Shown here in pieces: positions 1 through 14,479 of a DNA stretch of 64,000 nucleotides. Under the pieces are notes generated by a model. The model ran no database searches and was not told where the DNA came from. It saw only the letters and a program-made list of their open reading frames with translations. This DNA comes from Laetmonice hystrix. Lineage: Eukaryota. The stretch's first letter is position 1; every line of letters starts with the position of its first letter. Where the stretch lies: the NCBI GenBank assembly GCA_965235115.1, contig OZ249436.1, forward strand, positions 23,934,001 to 23,998,000. Reading direction: 5' to 3'. The translations under genes were made by a program, and so were the position numbers.

Positions 1-3000
1 TCTATCTCAGTCAGTTTTCAAGATATCTCAATCAAACTTGGCTCAGATCTTGACCATGACAAAGTCAGGTCACACAATCAATCATGACGTCACGTCACGT
101 CACGTCATGACGTCATGACGTCAAACGTGTCTTACACATTGGGGCCATATTTTTAAAGGTCATATTCGAAATTTTCAAAACCCATCATGGCGTCTTAATC
201 AGGCAAGGATCCTGTCTCAAGTCGACCCTTCATTTGACCTTTGACCTTTGACCTTAGGGAGAACTGGCTCCTGGGTCAGAATCGGGTTGAATCGCTACCC
301 CTTCCCCATTTGTTGGTAAAATTTGACAATATCAGGTACTACCACTCTACATCGAAAGGTTTAAAACATACAAAGAGGGATTAGCCATTTGACCTATATT
401 TACTGAGAAACGTGACCTTAAAGTTTTCAACAGCGGTCAGTTGAGACATTTATGGGTATAACTTGTAAAAGGTGCCAGATAGGGCCACAGTTACTATTGA
501 ACATGAATAGGAAGTCATATATCGTCTTTCATTTGACACCATTATTTTGTAGGTCACGTGACCTATGACGTCATAACGACGTCACCTATATTTTCCCAGG
601 GTTATAACTTGTAAATGGTTGAAGATAGAGCCATAGTTACTATTAAACACTTATAGGAAGTCATATATGCTCTTTCATTATACACCTTCATTTTCCATGT
701 CACGTGACCTATGACGTCATAGCAGGGTTGCCAATATGTCCCTAGGGCTATAACTCGTAAACGGTGGCAGATAGGGTCATAGTTACTATTGAACACGAAT
801 AGGAAGTCATATATGGTGTTTAATTTGACACCATTAATTTGGAGGTCACGTGACCTATGACGTCATAACGACTTCACCTATATTTTCCCAGGGCTATAAC
901 TTGTAAATGGTTGAAGATAGAGCCATAGTTACTATTAAACACTAATAGGAAGTCATATATACTCTTTCATTATACACCTTCATTTTCCAGGTCACGTGAC
1001 TTATGACGTCAGATCAAGGTCGCCAATATGTTCTCAGGGCCATAACTTGTAAACGGTGCCAGATAGGGCCATAGTTGCTATTGAACACGAATAGGAAGTC
1101 ATATATGGTCTTTCATTTGAGACCACTATTTTTCGGGTCACGTGACCTGTGACGTCATAACGACGTCACCTATATTTGCCCAGCGTGATAACTTGTAAAT
1201 GGATGAAGATAGAGCCATAGTTACTATTAAACAGTAATAGGAAGTCATATGTACCCTTTCATTATACACCTTCATTTTCCAGGTCACGTGACCTATGACG
1301 TCATAAGAATGTCATTGGCATTTTCTAAGGGCTATAACTTGTAAATGGTTGAAGATTGAGCCTTAGTTACTAGTAAACCCTAATATGAAGTCTTATATAC
1401 ATGCTCTTTCATTATGCACCCATAACTTTCCAGTCACGTGACCTATGACGTCATAGCAAGGTCGCCAATGTGTTCTCAGGGCTATAACTTGTAAACGGTG
1501 CCAGATAGAGCCATAGCTACTCTTGAACACGAATAGGAAGTCATATATGGTCTTTCATTTGACACCATTATTTTGGAGGTCACGTGACCTATGACGTCAT
1601 AAACGTCACCTATATTTCCCAGGGCCATAACTTGTAAATGGTTGGAGATAGAACCATAGTTACTATTAAACACTAATAGGAAGTCATATATACTCATTCA
1701 TTATACACCTTCATTTTCCAGGTCACGTGACCTATGACATCAGAGCAAGGTCGCCAATATATTCTCAGGTCTATAACTTGTAAACGGTGCCAGATAGGGT
1801 CATAGTTACTATTGAACACGAATAGGAAGTCATACATGGTCTTTCATTTGACACCATTATTTTTGGGGTCACGTGACCTATGACGTCATAACGACGTCAT
1901 CTATATTTTCCCAGGGCCATAACTTGAAAATGGTTGAAGATAGAGCCATAGTTACTATTAAACACTAATAGGAAGTCATATATGCTCTTTCATTATACAC
2001 CTTCATTTTCCAGGTCACGGGATCTATGACGTCATAAGGATGTCATTGACATTTTCTCAGGGCTATAACTTGTAAACTGTGCCAGATAGAGCCATAGTTA
2101 CTCTTGAACACGAATAGGAAGTCATATATGGTCTTTCATTTGGCACCATTGTTTTGTAAGTCACGTGACCGATGATGTCTTAACGACGTCACCTATATTT
2201 TCCAGGGCCATAACTTGTAAACGGTGCCATATAGGGCCATAGTTACTATTGAACACGAATAGGAAGTCATATATGGTCTTTCATTTGAGACCATTATTTT
2301 TCGAGTCACGTGACCTGTGACGTCATAACGACGTCACCTATATTTGCCCTGGGCCATAACTTGTAAATGGTTGAAGATAGAGCCATAGTTACTATTAAAC
2401 AGTAATAGGAAGTCATATGTACCCTTTTATTATACACCTTCATTTTCCAGGTCACGTGACCTATGACGTCATAAGAATGTCATTGGCTTTTTCTCAGGAC
2501 TATAACTTGTAAATGGTTAAAGATTGAGCCATAGTTACCAGTAAACCCTAATATGAAGTCATATATACATGCTCTTTCATTATGCACCCATAATTTTCCA
2601 GTCACGTGACCTATGACGTCATAGCAAGGTCGCCAATATTTTCCCAGGGCTATAACTTGTAAACTGTGCCAGATAGGGCCATAGTTACTATTGAACACGA
2701 ATAGGAAGTCATATATGATATTTCATTTGGCACCATTGTTTTGTACGTCACGTGACCTATGACGTCATAAGGAGGTCACCTATTTTCTGGGCTATAACTT
2801 GTAAATGGTTGAAGATACAGCCATAATTACTATGACGTCCTAAGGACGTCATAAATATTCTCTCAGGGCTATAACTTGACACAACCTGGCACTTCCCAAA
2901 CACCACTGCCTATCACAGATGTGTCGGGAAGTGTCTGCCTTAAACGTAACTCTACTCAAACTCAATATCAGAAGGGACATGTCACCCCGGGGATGGGATC

Positions 3001-6000
3001 CATCGTGGTCTCGCCACGACATGACTAGTTATTCTTTGCGTTGTAGTTGTACTAGTAGTAGTAGTAGTAGTTAGACATTTCGTTCTATCTCAGTCATTTT
3101 CAAGATATCTCAATCAAATTTGGCTCAGATCTTGACCATGACAAAGTCAGGTCACACAATCAATCATGACGTCACGTCACGTCACATCATGACGTCATGA
3201 CGTCAAACGTGTCTTGCACATTGGGGCAATTTTTTTAAAAGTCATATTCGAAATTTTCAAAACCCATCATGGCGTTTTAATCAGGCAAGGGTCCTGTCTC
3301 AAGTTGACCCTTCATTTGACCTTTGACCTTTGACCTTAAGGAGAACTGGCTACTGGGTCAGAATCGGGTTAAATCGCTACCCATTCCACATTTCTGGGAA
3401 AAATTTGACAATATCTGGCAGTACCCCTCTACATCGAAAGGTTCAAAACATAGAAAGAGGGATTAACGATTTGACCTATATTTACTGAACCACGTGACCT
3501 TAAAGTTTTCAACAGCGGTCAGTTTAGATATTTATGGGTATAACTTCTGAATGGTGCCAGATAGGGCCATAGTTACTATTGAACATGAATAGGAAGTCAT
3601 ATATGGTCTTTCATTTGACACCATTATTTTGGAGGTCACGTGACCTATGACGTCATAACGACGTCACCTATATTTTCCCAGGGCCATAACTTGTAAATGG
3701 TTGAAGATAGAGCCATAGTTACTATTAAACACTAATAGGAAGTCATATGATCTTTCATTATACACCTTCATTTTCCAGGTCACGTGACCTATGACGTCAT
3801 AAGGATGTCATTGACATTTTCTCAGGGCTTTAACTTGTAAACGGTGCCAGATAGAGCCATAGTTACTCTTGAACACGAATAGGAAGTCATATATGGTCTT
3901 TCATTTGACACCATTATTTTTTGGGTCACGTGACCTATGATGTCTTAACGATGTCACCTATATTTTCCAGGGCCATAACTTGTTAATGGTTGCAGATAGA
4001 GCCATAGTTACTATTAAACACTAATAGGAAGTCATATATACTCCTTCATTATACACCTTCATTTTCCAGGTCACGTGACTTATTGGAGCAAGGTCGCCAA
4101 TATATTCTCAGGGCCATAACTTGTAAACGGTGCCAGATAGGGCCATAGTTACTATTGAACACGAATAGGAAGTCATATATGGTCTTTCATTTGAGACCAT
4201 TATTTTTCGAGTCACGTGACCTGTGACGTCATAACGACGTCACCTATATTTTCCCAGGGCCATAACTTGTAAATGGTTGAAGATAGAGCCATAGTTACTA
4301 TTAAACAGTAATAGGAAGTCATATGTACCCTTTCATTATACACCTTCATTTTCCAGGTCACGTGACCTATGACGTCATAAGAATGTCATTGGCATTTTCT
4401 AAGGACTATAACTTGTAAATGGTTAAAGATTGAGCCATAGTTACCAGTAAACCCTAATATGAAGTCATATATACATGCTCTTTCATTATGCACCCATAAT
4501 TTTCCAGTCACGTGACCTATGACGTAATAGCAAGGTCGCCAATATTTTCCCAGGGCTATAACTTGTAAACTGTGCCAGATAGGGCCATAGTTACTATTGA
4601 ACACGAATAGGAAGTCATATATGATATTTCATTTGGCACCATTGTTTTGTACGTGACGTGACCTATGACGTCATAAGGACGTCATAGTTACTATGACGTA
4701 ATAAGGATGTCATAAATATTCTCTCAGGGTCATAACTTGACACCTTACCTGGCACTTCCCAAACACCACTGCCTATTACAGATGTGTCGGGAAGTGTCTG
4801 CCTTGAACGTAACTCTACTCAAACTCAATATCAGAAGGACATGTCACCCCGGGGATGGGATCCATCGTGGTCTCGCCACGACATGACTAGTTATCCCATC
4901 CCCACGGAGGGGATGGGATCTTGAAATTGTCTGGTTTCGTCTTCCCTATTCCTATTATTATTATCCCATCCCCCGTCAGGGGATGGGATCTTGAAATTGT
5001 CTGGTTTCGTCTTCCCTATTATTATTATTATCCCATCCCCCGTCAGGGGATGGGATCTTGAAATTGTCTGGTTTCGTCTTCCCTATTATTATTATTATTA
5101 TTCTTTGCGTCGTAGTAGTAGTAGTAGTAGTAGTAGTAGGAGTTAGACATTTCGTCTATCTCAGTCATTTTTCAAGATATGTCAATCAAACTTGGCACAC
5201 GTCTTGACCATGACAAAGTCACGTCACACAATCAATCATGACGTCACGTCACGTCACGTCATGACGTCAAACGTGTCTTGCAAATTGGGGCCATATTTTT
5301 CAAGGTCATATTCGAAATTTTCAAAACCCATCATGGCGTCTTAATCAGGCAAGGATCCTGTCTCAAGTTGACCCTTCATTTCACCTTTGACCTTTGACCT
5401 TCGGGAGAACTGGCTCCTGGGTCAGAATCCGGTTGAATCGCTACCCCTTCCCCATTTGTTGGTAAAATTTGACAATGTCTCGTACTACCACTCTACATCG
5501 ACAGGTTTAAAACATACAAAGAGGGATTAGCGATTTGACCTATATTTACTGAACCACGTGACCTTAAAGTTTTCAACAGCGGTCAGTTGAGACATTTATG
5601 GGTATAACTTGTAAACGGTGCCAGATAGGGCCACACTTACTAATGAACATGAATAGGAAGTCATATATGGTCTTTCATTTGACACCATTATTTTGTAGGT
5701 CACGTGACCTATGACGTCATAACGACGTCACCTAAAATTTCCCAGGGTTATAACTTGTAAATGGTTGAAGATAGAGCCATAGTTACTATTAAACACTAAT
5801 AGGAAGTCAAATATGCTCTTTCATTATACACCTTCATTTTCCAGGTCACGTGACCTATGACGTCATAGCAAGGTCGCCAATATGTTCCCAGGGCTATAAC
5901 TTGTAAACGGTGCCAGATAGGGCCATAGTTACTCTTGAACACGAATAGGAAGTCATATATGGTCTTTCATTTGGCACCATTGTTTTGTACGTCACGTGAC

Positions 6001-9000
6001 CTATGACGTCATAAGGAGGTCACCTATTCCTTGGGCTATAACTTGTAAATGTTTGAAGATACAGCCATAGTTACTATGACGTGATAAGGATGTCATAAAT
6101 ATTCTCTCAGGGCTGTAACTTTACTCAAACTCAATATCAGAAGGGACACGTCACCCCGGGGATGGGATCCATCGTGGTCTCGCCACGACATGACTAGTTA
6201 TTCTTTGCGTTGTAGTTGTAGTAGTAGTAGTAGTAGTAGTAGTAGTAAACATTTCGTTCTATCTCAGTCATTTTTCAAGATATCTCAATCAAACTTTGCT
6301 CAGATCTTGACCATGACAAAGTCAGGTCACACAATCAATCATGACGTCACGTCACGTCACGTCATGACGTCATGACGTCAAACGTGTCTTGCACATTGGG
6401 GCCATTTTTTAAAAAGTCATATTCCAAATTTTTTAAAACTCATCATGGCGTTTTAATCAGGCAAAGGTCCTGTGTCAAGTTGACCCTTCATTTGACCTTT
6501 GACCTTTGACCTTAAGGAAAACTGGCTACTGGGTCAGAATCGGGTTGAATCGCTACCCCTTCCCCATTTCTTGGAAAAATTCGACAATATCTGGCATTAC
6601 CACTCTACATCGAAAGGTTCAAAACATACAAAGAGGGATTATCGATTTGACCTATATTTACTGAACCACGTGACCTTAAAGTTTTCAACAGAGGTCAGTT
6701 TAGATATTTATGGGTATAACTTGTAAACGGTGTCAGATAGGGTCATAGTTACTATTGAACATGAATAGGAAGTCATATATGGGCTTTCATTTGACATCAT
6801 TATTTTGTAGGTCACGTGACCTATGACGTCATAACCACGTCACCTATATTTTCCCAGGGCCATAACTTGTAAATGGTTGAAGATAGAGCCATAGTTACTA
6901 TTAAACACTAATAGGAAGTCATATATGATCTTTCATTATACACCTTCATTTTCCAGGTCACGTGACCTATGACGTCATAAGAATGTCATTGACATTTTTT
7001 CAGGGCTTTAACTTGTAAACGGTGCCAGATAGAGCCATAGTTACTCTTGAACACGAATAGGAAGTCATATATGGTCTTTCATTTGACACCATTATTTTGG
7101 AGGTCACGTGACCTATGACGTCATAAACGTCACCTATATTTCCCAGGGCCATAACTTGTAAATGGTTGGAGATAGAGCCATAGTTACTATTAAACACTAA
7201 TAGGAAGTCATATATACTCATTCATTATACACCTTCATTTTCCAGGTCACGTGACCTATGACGTCAGAGCAAGGTCGCCAATATGTTCTCAGGTCTATAA
7301 CTTGTAAACGGTGCCAGATAGGGCCATAGTTACTATTGAACACGAATAGGAAGTCATATATGGTCTTTCATTTGACACCATTATTTTTTGGGTCACGTGA
7401 CCTATGACGTCATAACGACGTCATCTATATTTTCCCAGGGCCATAACTTGTAAATGGTTGGGGATAGAGCCATAGTTACTATTAAACACTAATAGGAAGT
7501 CATATATGCTCTTTCATTATACACCTTCATTTTCCAGGTCACGTGACCTATGACGTCATAAGGATGTCATTGACATTTTCTCAGGGCTATAACTTGTAAA
7601 CTGTGCCAGATAGAGCCATAGTTACTCTTGAACACGAATAGGAAGTCATATATGGTCTTTCATTTGGCACCATTGTTTTGTAAGTCACGTGACCCATGAT
7701 GTCTTAACGATGTCACCTATATTTTCCAGGGCCATAACTTGTTAATGGTTGCAGATAGAGCCATAGTTACTATTAAACACTAATAGGAAGTCATATATAC
7801 TCCTTCATTATACACCTTCATTTTCCAGGTCACGTGACTTATTGGAGCAAGGTCGCCAATATATTCTCAGGGCCATAACTTGTAAACGGTGCCAGATAGG
7901 GCCATAGTTACTATTGAACACGAATAGGAAGTCATATATGGTCTTTCATTTGAGACCATTATTTTTCGAGTCACGTGACCTGTGACGTCATAACGACGTC
8001 ACCTATATTTGCCCTGGGCCATAACTTGTAAATGGTTGAAGATAGAGCCATAGTTACTATTAAACAGTAATAGGAAGTCATATGTACCCTTTCATTATAC
8101 ACCTTCATTTTCCAGGTCACGTGACCTATGACGTCATAAGAATGTCATTGGCATTTTCTAAGGACTATAACTTGTAAATGGTTAAAGATTGAGCCATAGT
8201 TACCAGTAAACCCTAATATGAAGTCATATATACATGCTCTTTCATTATGCACCCATAATTTTCCAGTCACGTGACCTATGACGTCATAGCAAGGTCGCCA
8301 ATATTTTCCCAGGGCTATAACTTGTAAACTGTGCCAGATAGGGCCATAGTTACTATTGGACACGAATAGGAAGTCATATATGATATTTCATTTGGCACCT
8401 TTGTTTTGTACGTTACGTGACCTATGACGTCATAAGGAGGTCACCTATATATTCCCTGGCCTATAACTTGTAAATGGTTGAAGATGCAGCCATAGTTACT
8501 ATGACGTCATAACGATGTCATAAATATTCTCTCAGGGTCATAACTTGACACCTTACCTGGCACTTCCCAAACACCACTGCCTATTACAGATGTGTCGGGA
8601 AGTGTCTGCCTTGAACGTAACTCTACTCAAACTCAATATCAGAAAGGACATGTCACCCCGGGGATGGGATCCATCGTGGTCTCGCCACGACATGACTAGT
8701 TATCCCATCCCCTATCCAGGGGATGGGATTTAGAAATTGTGTGGTTTCGTCTTCCCTAATATTATTATTATTTTTTGCGTTGTAGTAGTAGTAGTAGTTG
8801 TAAACAGTACCTCTATCTCAGTCATTTTTCAAGATATCTCAATCAAACTTGGCAGAGATCTTGATCATGACAAAGTTAGATCACACAATCAGTCATGACG
8901 TCACGTGACATCACGTCATGACGTCATGACGTCAAGCGTGTTTGGGATATTGAGGACCATTTTCAAAGTTCATATTTGGAATTTCCAAGATCTATCATGG

Positions 9001-12000
9001 CGTTATGATCAGGCAAGGGTCTAGCCTAAAACTGACCCTTCATTTGACCTTTGACCTTTGACCTTAGGGAGAACTGGGTGCTAGGTCACAAATCGGTTAA
9101 ATCGCTTCTTCTTCTTAATTTATTGGTAAAATTTGATAATATTGGACAGGAACACTCTCTAATAAGGGTTTTAATAGAATCATCCAAAGATAACCGATTT
9201 GACCTATATTCGATGAATCACGTGACCTTGAAGTTTTCAACAGTGGCCAGTTTAGCTATCTATGGCTATAACTTCTAAACAGTGCCAGTTAGGGCCATAG
9301 TTACTATTGAACACGAATAGGAAGTCATATATGCTCTTTCATTTGGCACCATTATTTTTTAGGTCACGTGACCTATGACGTCATAACGATGTCATCAATA
9401 TTTTCTCAGGGCTATAACTTGTAAATGGTTGAAGATAGAGCCATATTTACTATTAAACACTAATAAGGAGTCATATATGCTCTATCAATTCGCACCATTA
9501 TTTTTAAATCACGTGACCTATGACGTCATAACGATGTCATCCATATTTTCTCAGGGCTATAACTTCTAAACAGTGCCAGATAGGGCCATAGTTACTATTG
9601 AACACGAATAGGAAGTCATATATGCTCTTTCATTTGACACCATTATTTCTCAGGTCACGTGACCTATGACATCATAATGATGTCATCCATATTTTCTCAG
9701 GGCTATCACTTGTAAATGGTTGAAGTTAGAGCCATAGTTACTATCGAAGACGAATAGGAAGTCATATATGTTCTTTCACTTGGCACCATTGTTTTTCAGG
9801 TCACGTGACCTATGACATCATAACGATGTCGTCAACATTTTCTCATAGCTATAACTTGCAAATGGTTGAAGTTAGAGTCATAGTTACAATTAAACACTAA
9901 TAGGAAGTCATATATGCTCTTTCATTTGGCACCATTATTTTTCAGGTCACGTGACCTATCAGGTCATAACGATATCATCCATATTTTCTTAGGGCTATAA
10001 CTTGTAAATGGTTGAAGTTAGAGCTATACCTACTATTAAACACTAACACTAACAGGAAGCAATATAAATACTCTTCATTTGACACCATCATTTTGAATAG
10101 CCGTAGCTCTCTCTACTAAATCAGGACATGGTAGACGGGACCCCCCAGGGGATGGGATCCATTGTGGTTATCACCGCAACGGGTCTAGTTATTCTTTGCG
10201 TTGTAGTAGTAGTAGTAGTAAACATTTCGTTCTATCTCAGTCATTTTTCAAGATATCTCAATCAAACTTGGATCAGATCTTAACCATGACAAAGTCAGGT
10301 CACACAACCAATCATGAAGTCACGTCACGTCACGTCATGACGTCATGACGTCAAACGTGTCTTGCACATTGGGGCCATTTTTCAAAAAGTCATATTCGAA
10401 ATTTTCAAAACTCATCCTGGCGTTTTAATCAGGCAAAAGTCCTGTGTCAAGTTGACCCTTCATTTGACCTTTGACCTTTGACCTTAAGGAAAACTGGCTA
10501 CTGGGTCAGAATCGGGTTGAATCGCTACCCCTTCCCCATTTCTTGGAAAAATTTGACAATATCTGGCATTACCACTCTACATCGAAAGGTTCAAAACATA
10601 CAAAGAGGGATTAGCGATTTGACCTATATTTACTGAACCACGTGACCTTAAAGTTTTCAACAGCGGTCAGTTTAGATATTTATGGGTATAACTTCTAAAT
10701 GGTGCCAGACAGGGCCATAGTTACTATTGAACATGAATAGGAAGTCATATATGGTCTTTCATTTGACACCATTATTTTGGAGGTCACGTGACCTATGACG
10801 TCATAACCACGTCATCTATATTTTCCCAGGGCCATAACTTGTAAATGGTTGAAGATAGAGCCATAGTTACTATTAAACACTAATAGGAAGTCATATATGA
10901 TCTTTCATAATACACCTTCATTTTCCAGGTCACGTGACCTATGACGTCATAAGGATGTCATTGACATTTTCTCAGGGCTTTAACTTGTAAACGGTGCCAG
11001 ATAGAGCCATAGTTACTCTTGAACACGAATAGGAAGTCATATATGGTCTTTCATTTGACACCATTATTTTTTGGGTCACGTGACCTATGCCATAGTTACT
11101 ATGACGTCATAAGGATGTCATAAATATTCTCTCAGGGTCATAACTAGACACGTTACCTGGCACTTCCCAAACACCACTGCATATCACAGATGTGTCGGGA
11201 AGTGTCTGCCTTGAACGTAGGTAACTCTACTCAAACTCAATATCAGAAAGGACATGTCACCCCGGGGATGGGATCCATCGTGGTCTTGCCACGACATGAC
11301 TAGTTATTCTTTGCGTTGTAGTTGTAGTAGTAGTTGTAGTTAGACATTTCGTTCTATCTCAGTCATTTTTCAAGATATCTCAATCAAATTTGGCTCAGAT
11401 CTTGACCATGACAAAGTCAGGTCACACAATCAATCATTACGTCACGTCACGTCACATCATGACGTCATGACGTCAAACGTGTCTTGCACATTGGGGCATT
11501 TTTTTTAAAAGTCATATTCGAAATTTTCAAAACCCATCATGGCGTTTTAATCAGGCAAGGGTCCTGTCTCAAGTTGACCCTTCATTTGACCTTTGACCTT
11601 TGACCTTAAGGAGAACTGGCTACTGGGTCAGAATCGGGTTAAATCGCTACCCATTCCACATTTCTGGGAAAAATTTGACAATATCTGGCAGTACCCCTCT
11701 ACATCGAAAGGTTCAAAACATAGAAAGAGGGATTAGCGATTTGACCCATATTTACTGAACCACGGGACCTTAAAGTTTTCAACAGCGGTCAGTTTAGATA
11801 TTTATGGGTATAACTTCTGAATGGTGCCAGATAGGGCCATAGTTACTATTGAACATGAATAGGAAGTCATATATGGTTTTTCATTTGACACCATTATTTT
11901 GGAGGTCACGTGACCTATGACGTCATAACGACGTCACCTATATTTGCCCAGGGCCATAACTTGTAAATGGTTGAAGATAGAGCCATAGTTACTATTAAAC

Positions 12001-13095
12001 ACTAATAGGAAGTCATATGATCTTTCATTATACACCTTCAATTTCCAGGTCACGTGACCTATGACGTCATAAGGATGTCATTGACATTTTCTCAGGGCTT
12101 TAACTTGTAAACGGTGCCAGATAGAGCCATAGTTACTCTTGAACACGAATAGGAAGTCATATATGGTCTTTCATTTGACACCATTATTTTTTGGGTCACG
12201 TGACCTATGACGTCATAAACGTCACCTATATTTTCCCAGGGCCATAACTTGTAAATGGTTGAAGATAGAGCCATAGTTACTATTAAACACTAATAGGAAG
12301 TCATATATATGCTCTTTCATTATACAACTTCATTTTCCAGGTCACGTGACCTATGACGTCATAAGGATGTCATTGACATTTTCTCAGGGCTATAACCTGT
12401 AAACTGTGCCAGATAGAGCCATAGTTACTCTTGAACACGAATAGGAAGTCATATATGGTCTTTCATTTGGCACCATTTTTTTGTAAGTCACGTGACCCAT
12501 GACGTCTTAACGACGTCACCTATATTTTCCAGGGCCATAACTTGTAAATGGTTGAAGATAGAGCCATAGTTACTATTAAACACTAATAGGAAGTCATATA
12601 TACTCCTTCATTATACACCTTCATTTTCCAGGTCACGTGACTTATTGGAGCAAGGTCGCCAATATATTCTCAGGGCCATAACTTGTAAACGGTGCCAGAT
12701 AGGGCCATAGTTACTATTGAACACGAATAGGAAGTCATATATGGTCTTTCATTTGACACCATTATTTTTTGGGTCACGTGACCTATGACGTCATAACGAC
12801 GTCATCTATATTTTCCCAGGGCCATAACTTGTAAATGGTTGAAGATAGAGCCATAGTTACTATTAAACAGTAATAGGAAGTCATATGTGCCCTTTCGTTA
12901 TACACCTTCATTTTCCAGGTCACGTGACCTATGACGTCATAAGAATGTCATTGGCATTTTCTAAGGACTATAACTTGTAAATGGTTAAAGATTGAGCCAT
13001 AGTTACCAGTAAACCCTAATATGAAGTCATATATACATGCTCTTTCATTATGCACCCATAATTTTCCAGTCACGTGACCTATGACGTCATAACGA
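1..13095 (+). mobile_element. Array of 7 non-autonomous Helentron/DINE-1-like (HINE) element bodies with internal satellite
   Basis: Recurrent architecture: 5' hairpin head ATCCCATCCCC-n-GGGGATGGGAT, (ATT)n then (GTA)n microsatellites, a ~450-bp core with TGACCTTTGACCT, internal tandem repeats, then 3' subTIR GGGGATGGGAT + short hairpin + CTAG-TT. Tails end at 3030, 4892, 6199, 8701, 10190 and 11305; the last body is truncated at ~13095. No TSDs; junctions at TT. This matches the published Helentron/DINE-1 layout. Confidence 0.8.
450..13095 (+). repeat. 146-bp tandem satellite monomers (alternating A/B types, ~292-bp dimer) inside the HINE bodies, roughly 55-60 copies in 7 blocks
   Basis: ATAACT anchor at 458, 604, 750, 896, 1042 (period 146). 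Approximate blocks: 450-2880, 3530-4740, 5600-6120, 6710-8545, 9260-10085, 10680-11145, 11810-13095. Confidence 0.9.
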
Positions 13096-13204
13096 TGTCG
13101 TAACGAATGATTAGGCCTACTTCCTTTCATTATTAGAAGTCTCCTCAAAAGGTTTGATACCAGGTAACAAAACTCGCAACGGCGATACGGCCATATATTG
13201 TGGT

Positions 13205-13450
13205 CAGTGTGAGCAAGGAGTATAGAATTCTATACTCGTTGGTGTGAGCAGGGGAGGCAGGCAGGCAGGCAGGCGGGCGGGCGTTCATTGCAGGGTGTCT
13301 GCTGCCAACGTCCCCCATCTCTTTCCAACCGTCGCCTGCCCAAACTATAATGAGTATTGCCTTCATATTTTAGAGGCCCGAAGCTTAACATGTTAGCAAG
13401 CTACTCCTAAAATTTCATGACGAAGGATGTGATAATGTCGGATATATACA
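13205..13450 (+). mobile_element. Probable 5' part of a second HINE-like family
   Basis: Hairpin CAAGGAGTATAG-AATT-CTATACTCGTTG (13213-13241) followed by a (GCAG)n/(GGGC)n microsatellite, the same head + microsatellite layout as DINE-1-like elements. Confidence 0.4.
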
Positions 13451-13689
13451 CATGCCCTACTTTTAGTCTACCATAGCGACTGTGTCCACGCAGGACTGAC
13501 CCACATAAGAGAGGGAACATGTCACTAAGTAGGTCATCCATTAATCGTGAAATTCATCGCCTGTCCTCACTATTTTGGTATTATACTGAACTGCTGTCTT
13601 GTTAATTATAAATTGTGCTTATTGAAATTTATAATATAAAAGAGCAGACACTTTGAAGTCCCTACCCTATAAATATTAAAGGGTGTGAG

Positions 13690-14330
13690 CTTACCGTTCC
13701 GTCCCTAGTGCAAATTACACAAATGACGTTATAGCTGACGTAAGAAGTCACGTGACACGAAAATTATGATACCTAATTAAAGAGGCCACCAAGATGTATC
13801 AGATTCATGAACAAGTATGCCTCTGTCTTAAGTCTTTCAAACGTTACAGCGATTACTCTCCGAAATGGCCCACATTCAAAACTTCAAGGTCACGTGGTTC
13901 AGTAAAAATAGGTCAAATTGCTTATCCGCTGCTCTATTTTGTGAAGCTTTCATTGGAGAATGTTTTTACCCTAAATTGTTAAATTTTGCCCCAGAATGGG
14001 GAAGGAGTTACGATTTAACCGATTTGCGACGTTTGACCATTTGTTTGGCATTTCTCTCTGGTGTCCTTAATATGCCTACCAAGTTTCGTATTGATATCTT
14101 GAAAAATGAGCGAGATATAGGGAATGAGTCTAACTACTACTACACCCTACGGGAATAATACGGAAGATGAAACCACACAATTTCAAAATCCCATCCCCTT
14201 GATGGGGGATGGGATAATAATACGGAAGACGAAACCATACAATTTTAAGATCCCATCCCCCTATCGGGGGGATGGGATAACTAGCGCCGATTTGGCTAGG
14301 GCCAACATCTTGTATCCCATCCCCTGGCAA
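13690..14330 (-). mobile_element. HINE fragments on the minus strand: one tail, two stacked heads, truncated body
   Basis: The reverse complement reads tail (GGGGATGGGATAC..TTGGC-CCTA-GCCAA..CTAG-TT), then two ATCCCATCCCC/GGGGATGGGAT heads (14150-14280), (GTA)n, and core. Confidence 0.7.
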
Positions 14331-14479
14331 TAAAAATCATAGATCCATTATCATGTTAGACTACCTCAATATCATCGATAGGCCCGTATAGCTATACATG
14401 TCTTCAGTTCACATTTGTTTTTGGTAGTTGGGAAAATGAGTCAGCAGAGTCGTTTCTTGAGTTTTGAAACAATAATTCC

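Noticed and set aside
4891..5100. CRISPR-like or hammerhead/retrozyme array
   Set aside because: The repeats have no unique spacers and there are no cas genes. The minus strand has GAAA, but CCTGACGGG is not the CUGANGA core. The units are HINE heads.
602..13148. Repeated 60-75 aa ORFs (e.g. MFNSNYGPIWHSLQVIALG...)
   Set aside because: Chance translations of the 146-bp satellite; frames are broken between copies and no domain is recognisable.
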